Assembly (NCBI GenBank): GCA_023443725.1
Contig: JAEZTF010000007.1
Location: forward strand, 103,846-167,845
Source: Candidatus Parcubacteria bacterium
GTDB lineage: Bacteria; Patescibacteriota; Microgenomatia; UBA12405
Direction: 5' to 3'
Length of the DNA stretch: 64,000 nt
The notes beneath the pieces were generated by a model. That model ran no database searches, was not told the origin of the DNA, and saw nothing but the letters and a program-made list of their open reading frames with translations. Numbering within the stretch: position 1 is the stretch's first letter; each line of letters opens with the position of its first letter. The position numbers and the translations under genes are program-made. Shown here one piece after another: positions 46,723 through 57,123 of the stretch.

Positions 46723-47202
46723 CTATTTTTTATCTAAAAAATCCCCCCAACCAATTTTGGTAAACGTTTTTCGACATTCTTTTTCCAATACCCCACCAAC
46801 CACTTCCGGTTCTTTATCAAAAGGTGGATTGAATTTAGCCAAGCTCTTATCCTCCAAAATATTCCATTTGTTATGTCCGCCCATATTCGGTGATTTTACT
46901 CCATAAATTACTCTCTTAAAATGCAATTCTCTCATCATAAACGAACACATTGGACAAGGTTCACAATTTGAATATATTTCACAAGTCGATAAATCTTTTG
47001 TATTCAACTTCTTTTGAGCTTTTCTCATTACCATAATCTCAGCGTGACTAGTAATATCATGTTTTTTCTCATTAGCATTGGTTGAAGATACAATTATCTT
47101 CCCATCTCTTACAATTAAGCTTCCAAAAGGTGCCTCACCTTTTTTAATCGACATCTCTGCCAAAGCAATACATTTTTTAATAAAAAATTCATCTCTTTTC
47201 AT
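46723..47202 (-). CDS. CDA-fold nucleoside/tRNA adenosine deaminase (TadA/guanine deaminase-like)
   Basis: HAEIMVMRKA and CEPCPMCSFMM zinc motifs. Confidence 0.7.
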   Translation of the reverse strand: MKRDEFFIKKCIALAEMSIKKGEAPFGSLIVRDGKIIVSSTNANEKKHDITSHAEIMVMRKAQKKLNTKDLSTCEIYSNCEPCPMCSFMMRELHFKRVIYGVKSPNMGGHNKWNILEDKSLAKFNPPFDKEPEVVGGVLEKECRKTFTKIGWGDFLDKK

Positions 47203-47238
47203 ATACCCATTATACCTTCATGTTAAAATGAATTACCT

Positions 47239-48309
47239 ATGAATTATGCAGTAATCATGGCCGGAGGATCCGGCTCCCGTCTTTGGCCGCTTAGTCGTAA
47301 AAATAAACCAAAACAGTTTCAGCCTTTAATTTCAGAAAAAACTCTCCTTCAGGAAACTTTTGATCGGGTTAAACAAATTCTTCCCGAAAAACAAATATTT
47401 GTCTCTGCTACTCCAGAATATGGCGAAGAAATTCTTCGTCAACTTCCTACTCTTCCAAAAGAAAACTGTATTCTCGAACCAAGTGCTCGCAATACTACTG
47501 CTGCTCACGGTTTTATTGCTATTCATTTACTTCGTTTAGACAAAGATGCTGTCTTTACTACTCTTCCTTCAGATCATTCAATTCAAGATGTTCCTGCATT
47601 TATAAAAGCTACCCAAGCTTCATTTGAGGCTATTGCTCAACATCCAGACAAATTAGTTACCTTGGGTATTACCCCTACTAGACCAGAAACTGGACTTGGT
47701 TATATCAAAATTGATAAAGAATTTGGTGAAATTTTAGGAGAAAAATTTTATACTGTCGATTCTTTTGTTGAAAAACCTGATTTAGAAACTGCCAAAAAAT
47801 ATGTTTCCGACTGGGGTTATCTCTGGAATAGTGCCAATTATATGGCTAAAGCTGATGTTTTGATGGGTTGGATTAAAAAATATCGCCCTGCTACATATGA
47901 TCTTTTAGAAGAAATTGACGAGCTTATCAAAAAAGATCCAAAAGATCCAAAAATAGCCCAAACTTATGAAAAAATAGATAAAGAACAATTGGCTGACTCT
48001 ATTGCTGAACAACCAGACTGTCCTACTCTAGTTATCCCTGTCAATTTAGGTTGGGATGATGTTGGTAATTGGGGTGCCATTTTTGATCTTATTTCTAAAA
48101 CCAAAAATATTAACATTGTTACCAAAGGTCAAGTTGTTGACCACGATAGTCATAATTGTCTTGTTTATGGAGATAAAAAACCTATCGCTATTTTAGGTCT
48201 TGAAGATATTGTGGTTATCGATTCTCCAGATGCCCTTTTGGTTACCACTAGAGACAAAGCTCAAAATATTAAAGATCTCCTCCCTAAGCTCGACGAAAAA
48301 CTACTCTAA
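47239..48309 (+). CDS. manC: mannose-1-phosphate guanylyltransferase
   Basis: AVIMAGGSGSRLWPLSRKNKPKQF N-terminus. Confidence 0.8.
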   Translation: MNYAVIMAGGSGSRLWPLSRKNKPKQFQPLISEKTLLQETFDRVKQILPEKQIFVSATPEYGEEILRQLPTLPKENCILEPSARNTTAAHGFIAIHLLRLDKDAVFTTLPSDHSIQDVPAFIKATQASFEAIAQHPDKLVTLGITPTRPETGLGYIKIDKEFGEILGEKFYTVDSFVEKPDLETAKKYVSDWGYLWNSANYMAKADVLMGWIKKYRPATYDLLEEIDELIKKDPKDPKIAQTYEKIDKEQLADSIAEQPDCPTLVIPVNLGWDDVGNWGAIFDLISKTKNINIVTKGQVVDHDSHNCLVYGDKKPIAILGLEDIVVIDSPDALLVTTRDKAQNIKDLLPKLDEKLL

Positions 48310-48328
48310 ATTTTATTGAAACCAAAAA

Positions 48329-48354
48329 ACCGGCAATTTTACTTGCCGGTTTTT
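48329..48354 (+). terminator. rho-independent terminator
   Basis: AACCGGCAA-TTTTAC-TTGCCGGTT followed by TTTT. Confidence 0.7.
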
Positions 48355-48369
48355 AATTTACAACAACCT

Positions 48370-49317
48370 TTATTCTTGCATCAATGGAATTCTTGAAGGA
48401 TCAAGATTGTCTACAATCTCTTTAATTCCCTCTTCTAATCCTACACTTGGTGCATAACCTAATTCAGTTGAAATTTTTTCAATTCCAGCTAATTGAGTTT
48501 TAATATAAATTCCTTTTAAAGGATTTGGAATTAATTGTGGTGGAATATTTTTACCCATCACTTTATTAATAATCCCTACCAATTCGTTTAAGCTAATAGC
48601 AGTTGCTGTTCCAATATTAAAAATATTGAAACCATATTTTTTCTCGCTATTCATAGCTTTCTCAATGCCTTGACAGACATCTCGAACATTGGTGAAATCT
48701 CTTTCTTGAGTTCCATCACCATACAAAACCGCTGGTTTACCCTTGGCCATTTCCCAAATAAATTGAGAAAGTACATTTGCATAAACCTTTTTATGACCTT
48801 CATTTGGACCATAAACTGACATAAATCTGAAAGCAATGATCTCTAAATCATATTTAGTTGAATAAATTCGTGAAGTTCCTTCTTGAGCGAATTTAGTTAC
48901 TGAATAAAAATTAGGTGGAATCACCAATTGATCTTCAGTTAATGGAGTTGGATTATTACCATAAATTGAAGAAGTTGAAGCAAACATGACTTTTTTAGCT
49001 TTAATATCTCGAGCATAGTTCAAAACATCAATGTGGCCCAAAATATTATTTTCAAAAGCCCCTCTTAAATCACTATCAAACATTGGAGCTGAGGACGAAG
49101 CTGCCAAATGGACTATATAATCCACATAACCCACTTTTTCCAGATCTTCTCTCTTTCTCACATCACCTACAATAAGCTTTACCTCTGGAACTAAGTTTTC
49201 TTTTACCCCCAAAGATAAATTATCTAAAGCTGTCACTTCGTGACCTTTTTTGACCATTAAGTTACAAAAATTGCTGCCTATAAAACCAGCACCACCGGTA
49301 ACTAAAATTTTTGCCAT
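48370..49317 (-). CDS. NAD-dependent epimerase/dehydratase (SDR family, GalE/UDP-sugar epimerase-like)
   Basis: KILVTGGAGFIGSNF Rossmann motif and the YxxxK region (YSVTKFAQE). Confidence 0.8.
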   Translation of the reverse strand: MAKILVTGGAGFIGSNFCNLMVKKGHEVTALDNLSLGVKENLVPEVKLIVGDVRKREDLEKVGYVDYIVHLAASSSAPMFDSDLRGAFENNILGHIDVLNYARDIKAKKVMFASTSSIYGNNPTPLTEDQLVIPPNFYSVTKFAQEGTSRIYSTKYDLEIIAFRFMSVYGPNEGHKKVYANVLSQFIWEMAKGKPAVLYGDGTQERDFTNVRDVCQGIEKAMNSEKKYGFNIFNIGTATAISLNELVGIINKVMGKNIPPQLIPNPLKGIYIKTQLAGIEKISTELGYAPSVGLEEGIKEIVDNLDPSRIPLMQE

Positions 49318-49385
49318 TTTTATTCCCTTTTATTAACTAATAATAAAACAAGAGTAAACCATTCTAGCCTTATTGATAATCTTTT

Positions 49386-50378
49386 TCAACCCTTCTTTAT
49401 GAATCCATTTATATTCTCTACTGTCGTCTTGATTATTCTCTCTATTGCTTCCTTGGTATTAAAAGCATTATGAGGTGTAAACACCACATCATCTCGATCT
49501 CTCAACATATGGAAACTCAACACTTCTTGTAAATTATCTTTAGTAATTTTTTTACTCATTACCACACTCATACTGTCTACCAACATTTCTTCCTCAGTCA
49601 CATCTAATCCTGCTCCCGCCAAAATTTTATTATTTAAAGCCCAAACTAAAGCTTCTGTTTCTACTACTGCCCCTCGAGCCGTATTAACTAGATAACTTCC
49701 TGGTTTCATTAACTTAATATTTTTTTTATTTATCATATGAAAAGTTTGTGATATCGCTGGTACATGAAGTGTCACAAAGTCCGACATTTTTAGACAAGTT
49801 TCTAAATCGACATATTTAAAACCCAACTTTTTTGCCACTTTAGGATCTTGATTACCATCCACTCCTAAAACTTTCATTCCAAAGCCCTTGGCGATCTTGA
49901 TTACATTTTGTCCTATCTTTCCACAACCAATCACACCCAAAGTTTTTCCAAATAAATCAACCCCCGTTAAACCCTCTGGACTAAATTCCCCTTCTTCAAC
50001 TGACTGATGAGCTACTACAATTTTTCGACTAATTGCTAATAATAACGCAAATGCATATTCAGCCACAGTATTAGAACCATACACTGGCACACTAGTTACA
50101 ACCACTTTTCTTTTATTACATTCCATACAATCTATATGATCCATTCCGGTTGATCTAGTCGCCACCATTTTCAAATTTGGCAATTTAGCCAGTACTTCTT
50201 TATCTAATGTGGAATAAATAAAAGGTGAGATAATATCGTATTTCTTGGCCAATTCAATATCATCTTGAACCTCCTTTTCAAAAATTCCCACTCCAAAAGT
50301 ATCCAATTTAGAAATTTCTCTTTCGATAATTTCTTTTTCCCATGATTTAACTCCAAAAAATGCAACTTTATATTCCAT
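49386..50378 (-). CDS. D-isomer-specific 2-hydroxyacid dehydrogenase (NAD-dependent)
   Basis: GVIGCGKIGQNVIKIAKGFGMKVLGVD NAD-binding region and catalytic R/E/H positions. Confidence 0.8.
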   Translation of the reverse strand: MEYKVAFFGVKSWEKEIIEREISKLDTFGVGIFEKEVQDDIELAKKYDIISPFIYSTLDKEVLAKLPNLKMVATRSTGMDHIDCMECNKRKVVVTSVPVYGSNTVAEYAFALLLAISRKIVVAHQSVEEGEFSPEGLTGVDLFGKTLGVIGCGKIGQNVIKIAKGFGMKVLGVDGNQDPKVAKKLGFKYVDLETCLKMSDFVTLHVPAISQTFHMINKKNIKLMKPGSYLVNTARGAVVETEALVWALNNKILAGAGLDVTEEEMLVDSMSVVMSKKITKDNLQEVLSFHMLRDRDDVVFTPHNAFNTKEAIERIIKTTVENINGFIKKG

Positions 50379-50545
50379 AAATTATTCTACCTTATTTTTT
50401 TTTAAAAAAATCTTTCAAAAAGATAAATTATCCCTTTCTTTAGAGAAAGAATAATTTTTTTTAAAATTCATTATTGACACACAAATATCCAATGTGATTA
50501 ACTGATTATAGTTAATCATTATTTTGATATTAGAGGAGCCAGTCA

Positions 50546-50803
50546 ATGGATTATCAAACTGAATCACAAGATAAACTTGTGAAACAACAATCCACCCCAA
50601 AGAAAATCAATGGCGTTTCCATTGATAATCTTCCCGATCTTCTCACTGTCGCTGAAGTCGCCGACTTACTTCGAGTCAGCAAATTGACTATTAAGCGCTG
50701 GGGAAAGAGAGGTAAATTGCCCGCTATTCGTATCAATGCCCGCGGTGACCGACGTTACCGCAAAGAGGCTGTGTTGTGGCTTCTTGGTATTCAATCCGAA
50801 TAA
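50546..50803 (+). CDS. excisionase-family (HTH_17/MerR-like) small DNA-binding protein (GC-richer)
   Basis: LLTVAEVADLLRVSKLTIKRWGKRGKLPAIRINARGDRRYRKEAV matches the excisionase-family HTH. GAGGAG SD. Upstream palindrome TGATTAAC...GTTAATCA. Confidence 0.6.
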   Translation: MDYQTESQDKLVKQQSTPKKINGVSIDNLPDLLTVAEVADLLRVSKLTIKRWGKRGKLPAIRINARGDRRYRKEAVLWLLGIQSE

Positions 50804-50869
50804 AAAATTCCTGCCCAATTCCTGCCTTGCCCGACTAAAAACGAAGTTTTTGGCGTGGTCCAAATCTAA

Positions 50870-51085
50870 TTAAGCATCACCTGGTACCGGATTACCTGTT
50901 GTTTGAGTATGATTAGTCGATCCTAAATTTCTATCAACGATAGCACCATCATCATTAGAATATCTTATTTCGCTCTTTACACGTTCAACTGGTAAATTAT
51001 AACAATCATCACCCAGCTCTGAACCATAATTTCCTTGAACTTTCTTTTCAGTAGCCTCAGAACCAATTTCTGGTATTCTCGTCAT
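50870..51085 (-). CDS. hypothetical small protein (71 aa), ATGA overlap with the ruvB stop
   Basis: Translationally coupled to ruvB and GC-richer. No recognised motif. May not be real. Confidence 0.3.
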   Translation of the reverse strand: MTRIPEIGSEATEKKVQGNYGSELGDDCYNLPVERVKSEIRYSNDDGAIVDRNLGSTNHTQTTGNPVPGDA

Positions 51086-52071
51086 ACCAGTATTCTACCT
51101 TTAGGAGTCCTTTTTATCAACCCTTTTTTCATCAAAAAAGGTTCGTAAACTTCGGTAATTGTTCCCACATCTTCAGACAAACTGGCGGCAATATTCTCTA
51201 CTCCCACTGGTCCTCCTTTATACTGATTTTTGACTACATCTAAATATCTTCTATCTGCATCACTTAAACCCATACTGTCCACTCCCAACATTTTTAAAGC
51301 ATCATCCACTTCTTTTTGAGTTATTAATCCATCTGATTTTACTTGAGCATAATCTCTTACTCTTCTTAATAATCGATTGGCAATACGAGGTGTCCCTCGA
51401 GATCTTTTACCAATTTCTAGTGCCGCTTTAGTTTCAATTTTGACATTAAACACCTCTGCTGTTCTCTCGACTAATTCACTCAAATCTTCATCGGCATAAA
51501 AATCTAATTGTTGAATATAACCAAATCTATCCCTCATTGGACCAGAAATTAAACCAATTCTAGTGGTTGCTCCAACTAATGTAAATTTTTGTAAATTTAA
51601 TCGAACCGTTTTAGCCGATGGACCTTTACCCAACACTATATCCAAAGCAAAATCTTCCATGGCCGCATAAAGCATTTCTTCCACCAGTTTATTTAACCGA
51701 TGAATTTCATCTATAAACAAAAAATCACCTTTTTTAAGGCCAGTTAGAATCGACGCTAAATCTCCTGCCCTTGACAAAGCTGGACCAGATGTCATTTTGA
51801 TATTTCCACCCATCTCTCGCGCCATTAAACAGGCCAGAGTTGTTTTTCCCAATCCTGGTGGACCATAAAACAAAATATGATCCAACACTTCGTTTCGAGA
51901 TTTAGCTGCTGTCAAAAATATATTCAATTGTTCTTTTAATTTTTCTTGACCAATAAATTCATTTAAAACTTGCGGTCTTAATTTTTTCTCAACTATTTTT
52001 TCTTCTGTTTCGACTTTGGCGTCTAGTATTTTTTTATCGTCCATATTTAATTTAGATTTTGCAAACACCAA
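51082..52071 (-). CDS. ruvB: Holliday junction branch-migration ATPase RuvB
   Basis: Walker [12 protein letters not shown], plus sensor and RuvB C-terminal winged-helix. Confidence 0.9.
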   Translation of the reverse strand: MVFAKSKLNMDDKKILDAKVETEEKIVEKKLRPQVLNEFIGQEKLKEQLNIFLTAAKSRNEVLDHILFYGPPGLGKTTLACLMAREMGGNIKMTSGPALSRAGDLASILTGLKKGDFLFIDEIHRLNKLVEEMLYAAMEDFALDIVLGKGPSAKTVRLNLQKFTLVGATTRIGLISGPMRDRFGYIQQLDFYADEDLSELVERTAEVFNVKIETKAALEIGKRSRGTPRIANRLLRRVRDYAQVKSDGLITQKEVDDALKMLGVDSMGLSDADRRYLDVVKNQYKGGPVGVENIAASLSEDVGTITEVYEPFLMKKGLIKRTPKGRILV

Positions 52072-52610
52072 CTAATTTTTTCTTCAATTAAAATAATTTC
52101 TGCTGGCATCTTTTTGACCACTTTTTCAATTTCTTTTTTATCAAAACCGAGTTGTTTTAAACTCATCCATAATTCATCTTCTTTAACCTCTTCGTCAGCA
52201 GCCAAATCTAGTTCTCCTAGACCACCAATTTTTGATTTTAAATCAATAATAATTCTCTGAGCTGTCTTTTTTCCAATCCCTTTTATTTTTTGAAAAAAAT
52301 CTACATCCGCATTTCCAATTGCTTTGATAACTAAATCTGATTTTGTTCCAGCTAAAATTTGAGCTCCAGTTTTTGGACCCACTCCTGAAACTGAAATTAA
52401 CATTTTAAATAAATTGACATCATCCCAATTTTCAAAACCATACAAAGCAATTTCATTTTCTGATACTGCCATATAAGTATAGATTTTTACTTCATCATCA
52501 ATTTGATAATTCTTTTTACCCACAAAAACTAAATAACCAACTCCACCGACTTCTATCTCCACATAATCACCAAATACCCTATCAATTTTTCCTTTTAAAC
52601 TTGAAATCAT
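52047..52610 (-). CDS. ruvA: Holliday junction DNA helicase RuvA
   Basis: N-terminal OB-fold and the HhH motif region [16 protein letters not shown]. Confidence 0.85.
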   Translation of the reverse strand: MISSLKGKIDRVFGDYVEIEVGGVGYLVFVGKKNYQIDDEVKIYTYMAVSENEIALYGFENWDDVNLFKMLISVSGVGPKTGAQILAGTKSDLVIKAIGNADVDFFQKIKGIGKKTAQRIIIDLKSKIGGLGELDLAADEEVKEDELWMSLKQLGFDKKEIEKVVKKMPAEIILIEEKISWCLQNLN

Positions 52611-52699
52611 AAATTCATTTTACACTAAACCCGAAGATTATCCAAAGACTATTTAGGTCTAAAAATACCCTATATCTAAATACCACCAAAATAGATCAT

Positions 52700-53170
52700 T
52701 TAGCCTTGTAGATTTTTATTGGTAAAAAGATAAGTCAATGCCACTGCCACCGCATCTGATGCATGGCTTGGAGAAATATTTTTTTCCAAACACAAAAAGT
52801 TTCTGACCATTATTTCTACTTGTTCTTTTTCGGCTCGACCATATCCTACTAATGCCATCTTCACTTGCAACGGTGTAAATTCCGCCACTTCAATTTTATT
52901 TTTTTCACCACAAATTTTTATGACTCCAATTGCTTCAGCCACTTTCAAAGCTGACTTAGCATTTTTGGCAAAAAATAAAGATTCAAAAGCCAAAGCAGTG
53001 ATATTATATTTTTTAATTAATCTTTCCAATTCTTCATAAATTTCTGCCAATCTTTTGGGTGAATCATCACTAATTTTTGTCACCAAACAGCCACATTCTA
53101 CTAAAGTATTTTCATCTTTTAATACCGCCCAGCCAGTGTTGGCCAACCCCGGATCAATTCCTAAAATCAT
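52700..53170 (-). CDS. ruvC: crossover junction endodeoxyribonuclease RuvC
   Basis: MILGIDPGLANTGWAV N-terminus with RNase-H-like fold acidic residues. Confidence 0.85.
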   Translation of the reverse strand: MILGIDPGLANTGWAVLKDENTLVECGCLVTKISDDSPKRLAEIYEELERLIKKYNITALAFESLFFAKNAKSALKVAEAIGVIKICGEKNKIEVAEFTPLQVKMALVGYGRAEKEQVEIMVRNFLCLEKNISPSHASDAVAVALTYLFTNKNLQG

Positions 53171-53173
53171 AAT

Positions 53174-53800
53174 CTATTTTATCTCAAATCCAATTCTTGA
53201 CATAAAATAGTCAACTTGCTCAATTGGCAAGCCAATTTCTATAAACCGTCCTCTCATTTCTCCATTATTAATTCCATTTGATGACCACATTTCACAAGAA
53301 TCCTTGATGAATTCTCTGGTTTCGTGAGGGAAAATCACCCAAGCTCTGGTTTCAAAACCATAAAAATCTGGAGAAATACAAGACCTAGGTTTAGAACAAA
53401 GAGTCGCTGTCATTACTTCTTTTGCGCCTGCACCAATTACATAATCTTTAGCAAATTTCAATGTCTCTCCTGAATCAGCTACATCATCATAAATTAGAAT
53501 TCTTTCTCCGTTTACTAAATCTGTTAGAGGTTGAATCAATTTAATTTTTTCATTTGAATTAACACCAGTATAAGATTTAACTCTTATAGAAGACATTTGT
53601 TCTATGCCTAAATTATCAACAGTAGTCCTTGCCCAAGTCCAACCACCCTTTGCCAAAGCTATTAATCTGTCAAATTTTTGACCAGATTCTTCGATTTGTT
53701 TGGACAATTCAAAAGATACCCTCCCCATCTGTTCCCAATTAGGACACACATAATTAATACCGTCAAAACTTGTTTCTCTAAAATTAAAATTCTCTTTCAT
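53174..53800 (-). CDS. type I phosphoribosyltransferase-domain protein (purine PRT-like)
   Basis: PRPP-binding motif ILIYDDVADSGETL. Confidence 0.55.
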   Translation of the reverse strand: MKENFNFRETSFDGINYVCPNWEQMGRVSFELSKQIEESGQKFDRLIALAKGGWTWARTTVDNLGIEQMSSIRVKSYTGVNSNEKIKLIQPLTDLVNGERILIYDDVADSGETLKFAKDYVIGAGAKEVMTATLCSKPRSCISPDFYGFETRAWVIFPHETREFIKDSCEMWSSNGINNGEMRGRFIEIGLPIEQVDYFMSRIGFEIK

Positions 53801-54083
53801 TAAACATTATATTACTTCTATATTTTCATTTTCAACTACTTATTTAAACTATAGGCCATCCATCATTTTTCCCACTTTTCCACACCAACATCCCATATTT
53901 TTTTACTACATCAAAAAATTTATTTTATAAGACAGTTTTTAGCTTTGAATCTGTCACCAAAAAATCTGAAGTTACAATTTTGGAACGTTTTTGAACGTGG
54001 GCAACCACATTCATTTTCCAGTGGAAAAATTCGTAACGAAGATTTTTTAAAAAATTAAAGGCAAATTAAGTTATAATTCCACT

Positions 54084-55091
54084 ATGGATATCCAACAAAA
54101 TATTCCTCTCGCTCCCTACACCACTGTTAAGATTGGTGGTCTAGCTGATTTTTTTATTCATGCCCAAAATACTTCTGAATTATTAGAAGCTATTAAGTAT
54201 GGACAAAACAATAATCTTCCAATTACCATTTTAGGTAACGGTTCCAATGTTTTAATTTCTGATTCCGGTATTCGTGGTCTAGTCATCAAAAATGATTCTA
54301 ATAGTTTTGATATTTTAGACACTCCAATTGAATCTCAAAAATTAGACAAAATCTCTACTCATCGAACCGAAGAAAATCCTACCAAATACTTAAATTTTGG
54401 TGCCTTGGACTATAATGAATCCGATAAACCCAGAGTTTTGGTAAAAATTGATTCTGGTTGTCTACTTTCTCAAATTATTAATCAACTTATTGATCAAGGT
54501 GTCACTGGCCTTCAATGGTTTGGCTATATCCCTGGCACCATCGGTGGTGCAATTTACAGTAATATTCACGGTGGTGCTTATCATATTTCAGATTTTATTG
54601 AATCTGTTGAAGTTTTCGATCTTCAAAACAAATCTGTAAAAAACTTAAAAAAATCAGAACTCGTTTGGGATTATGATTCCTCTTCATTTCAAACAAATCC
54701 TAATTTAATTATTATTTCTGTTGTTTTATGCCTATTCAAGGGTGATACTGTTAGAGCCAAAGAAACTGTTGCCGCTTGGATCAAACAAAAATCATACGTC
54801 CAATTGATGAATTCTATTGGTTCTGTTTTCAAAAATCCTCCACTTGAGATTTGTCAGCCAATTTGGGGTGAACAAAAATCAACAGGATGGATCATCGACA
54901 ATGAATTACATTTAAAAGAATATGCCATTGGTGATGCTCAAGTCAGTCCCCTTCACGCCAATTTTATTATCAATAATGGTCATGCCACTGCTTCAGATTA
55001 TTTAAAATTAATTAAATATATTCAATCGCAAGCTTTAGAAAAATTAAATCTCACTCTCGAACCCGAAATCAAATTTCTTGGAGAATTTTAG
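54084..55091 (+). CDS. murB: UDP-N-acetylenolpyruvoylglucosamine reductase
   Basis: PLAPYTTVKIGGLADFF...ILGNGSNVLISD FAD-binding N-terminus. Confidence 0.8.
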   Translation: MDIQQNIPLAPYTTVKIGGLADFFIHAQNTSELLEAIKYGQNNNLPITILGNGSNVLISDSGIRGLVIKNDSNSFDILDTPIESQKLDKISTHRTEENPTKYLNFGALDYNESDKPRVLVKIDSGCLLSQIINQLIDQGVTGLQWFGYIPGTIGGAIYSNIHGGAYHISDFIESVEVFDLQNKSVKNLKKSELVWDYDSSSFQTNPNLIIISVVLCLFKGDTVRAKETVAAWIKQKSYVQLMNSIGSVFKNPPLEICQPIWGEQKSTGWIIDNELHLKEYAIGDAQVSPLHANFIINNGHATASDYLKLIKYIQSQALEKLNLTLEPEIKFLGEF

Positions 55092-55180
55092 TCAAAAAAA
55101 AAGGACCGATATTTACTTTGCATTACTGCATTTCGATACCGGTCGCCCTTAATACACACTAGGAGAAATTTAAAATCAGT

Positions 55181-55855
55181 TTATCGAATTGTTACCCCAA
55201 GAACGCAGTTAGTTAGATCGTCAAATTTTAACCCGTATTGGTTAAGAACAAATCTTTGCTGCAGTAATCCATCACCACACTTGGTGATAAAAATAGCTTC
55301 AGTACAGTTTTTACTGCAAGCAATCGCCGATCTATAGTTGAGTGAATTTTCATCCACTAAAAGGGGCCATATTAACAAAAGTTCTTCATGATTTAATATG
55401 ATTCTTTTTAGAGAATATAAAATTCTTTCCTCCTCGTCGACATATTTCCCAAAATCGTAAACCTTTTTCTTTTCTTCAATCTGCTTACCATCGGGACCAA
55501 TTTTTCTTTTCGTCAATTTTTCCAGTATCTTATCAATTTGTTCACTGTCGTTGATCAAACGAATACAATCGGTCCCTGGTACCAAAATTATCTTTTTTTT
55601 GTGGGTACTATCTTGAATATAAATAACCAGGACAGTCCTTTCGACAAGATACTTTGAATCTAAATTTTTAGCGACACTGTCAAGTAACAAGATAGGCTCT
55701 CGCTTTTCATCTACTACAGGTCTCGCAGTACAACCAGAATAAACCCAAAGCCTTCCTCCTTTTCCAAAACTGTACGGATTTGATCTCATGAGTCTTGCCA
55801 AAACTGGATCTTCACTGAATACCATTTGTTCCCCAAGGTCTTTGATACGCAACAT
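55181..55855 (-). CDS. hypothetical protein (GC-richer, about 38-40%)
   Basis: 224 aa with no recognised motif. Composition differs from its neighbours. Confidence 0.35.
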   Translation of the reverse strand: MLRIKDLGEQMVFSEDPVLARLMRSNPYSFGKGGRLWVYSGCTARPVVDEKREPILLLDSVAKNLDSKYLVERTVLVIYIQDSTHKKKIILVPGTDCIRLINDSEQIDKILEKLTKRKIGPDGKQIEEKKKVYDFGKYVDEEERILYSLKRIILNHEELLLIWPLLVDENSLNYRSAIACSKNCTEAIFITKCGDGLLQQRFVLNQYGLKFDDLTNCVLGVTIR

Positions 55856-55921
55856 GTTCTATTTCTCCCTGTCTTTTAATTTGCTGCTGCCAAATAGCAA
55901 CGTCGAAATTATACCTTCAAG

Positions 55922-56782
55922 CTATTTATTTATCAACACTTTCCACATAAATTTTGGTAGTACCAACTGTCTTTTGATTCTTTTTGGTTCTTTAATCAAA
56001 GAGTACAACCATTCCAAACCCATTTTTTGCCATTTTTTAGGGGCCCTTTTAAGTTCGCCACTATAATAATCAAAACTCCTGCCTACTCCCATCACTAAAC
56101 CAACATCTAAACTTTTTAAATTATTGTTAATCCAAAACTCCTGTTTTTTCATCCCGTAAGCCACTAGTAAAATATCTGGTTTAAAGCTATTAATCTTCTT
56201 AACTACTTCACTATTAGCTATACTTGGCTCACCACAAGACCAAGCCAATTGCTCTTTGCTCAAAAAAAACTTCTTTCTAAAAAATTTGGCTGTTTTAGCT
56301 GCCCTATCACCAAATCCTCCCAAAAAAAACATTTTTAAGTTTCTTTTAGCCGCTATTTCACCTAAGTTAAGCATTAAATCTGCTCCAGTTGCCACTTGAT
56401 CCCGATGTTTACCTTGTAAAACCTCTAACCCTACTTTTATTCCATTTATAAGTTTATTTGACGATCTACGATCTAACTCTCGTGCCCAAATCAAACCTAT
56501 TCCATCCATTACATTTAAATTAGTTTTGGTCAGTATTCTGGCAAATTCTTTATCTTTTAACGTTGCCATAATAAATTCCGGGTTAACCGTAGCTATCCAA
56601 TATCTTTTTGATTTCAAAGCTAACCTTGAATCAAGTATGTTTAACACTTGATTTACGTCTCTGCTAAAAAGAGGAATATCAAACATTTTCCACAAACTAC
56701 CACTTAAATTAAGATCTGATTGACCAAAATTTACCCCTTCAAAGCTGGTTTTTTCCTTTTTAGTGATACTAGTTTTCCCCAT
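55922..56782 (-). CDS. WecG/TagA/CpsF-family glycosyltransferase (GT26)
   Basis: IATVNPEFIMATLKDKEFARILTKTNLNVMDGIGLIWA pattern. Confidence 0.7.
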   Translation of the reverse strand: MGKTSITKKEKTSFEGVNFGQSDLNLSGSLWKMFDIPLFSRDVNQVLNILDSRLALKSKRYWIATVNPEFIMATLKDKEFARILTKTNLNVMDGIGLIWARELDRRSSNKLINGIKVGLEVLQGKHRDQVATGADLMLNLGEIAAKRNLKMFFLGGFGDRAAKTAKFFRKKFFLSKEQLAWSCGEPSIANSEVVKKINSFKPDILLVAYGMKKQEFWINNNLKSLDVGLVMGVGRSFDYYSGELKRAPKKWQKMGLEWLYSLIKEPKRIKRQLVLPKFMWKVLINK

Positions 56783-57123
56783 TGACCAATTTTAACACTA
56801 AATTATTGACAAATTATCCCCCAAAAAGATTGTCTGCTAGATCCTATAGTATATATATTTAACTTAAATCGTATAAATATATCAACTCTCTTTCACTTTA
56901 AATATTATAAGTTTTATCTTGTCGTCATATAAACATTCAAAAAAGTCATCTTTTGAATAAAAATATTACTCAAGTTTTTTACCAAAGAATAGGTATTTAA
57001 GTCAAAAAACTAAAAATACAAATAAAAATATGAAAATATACTTATATTGATAACTAAACAAACTAAAAATATTTTTTTAACAAATGTAAAATACCTATTA
57101 TAGGATTAGTATTTTTTACTATA

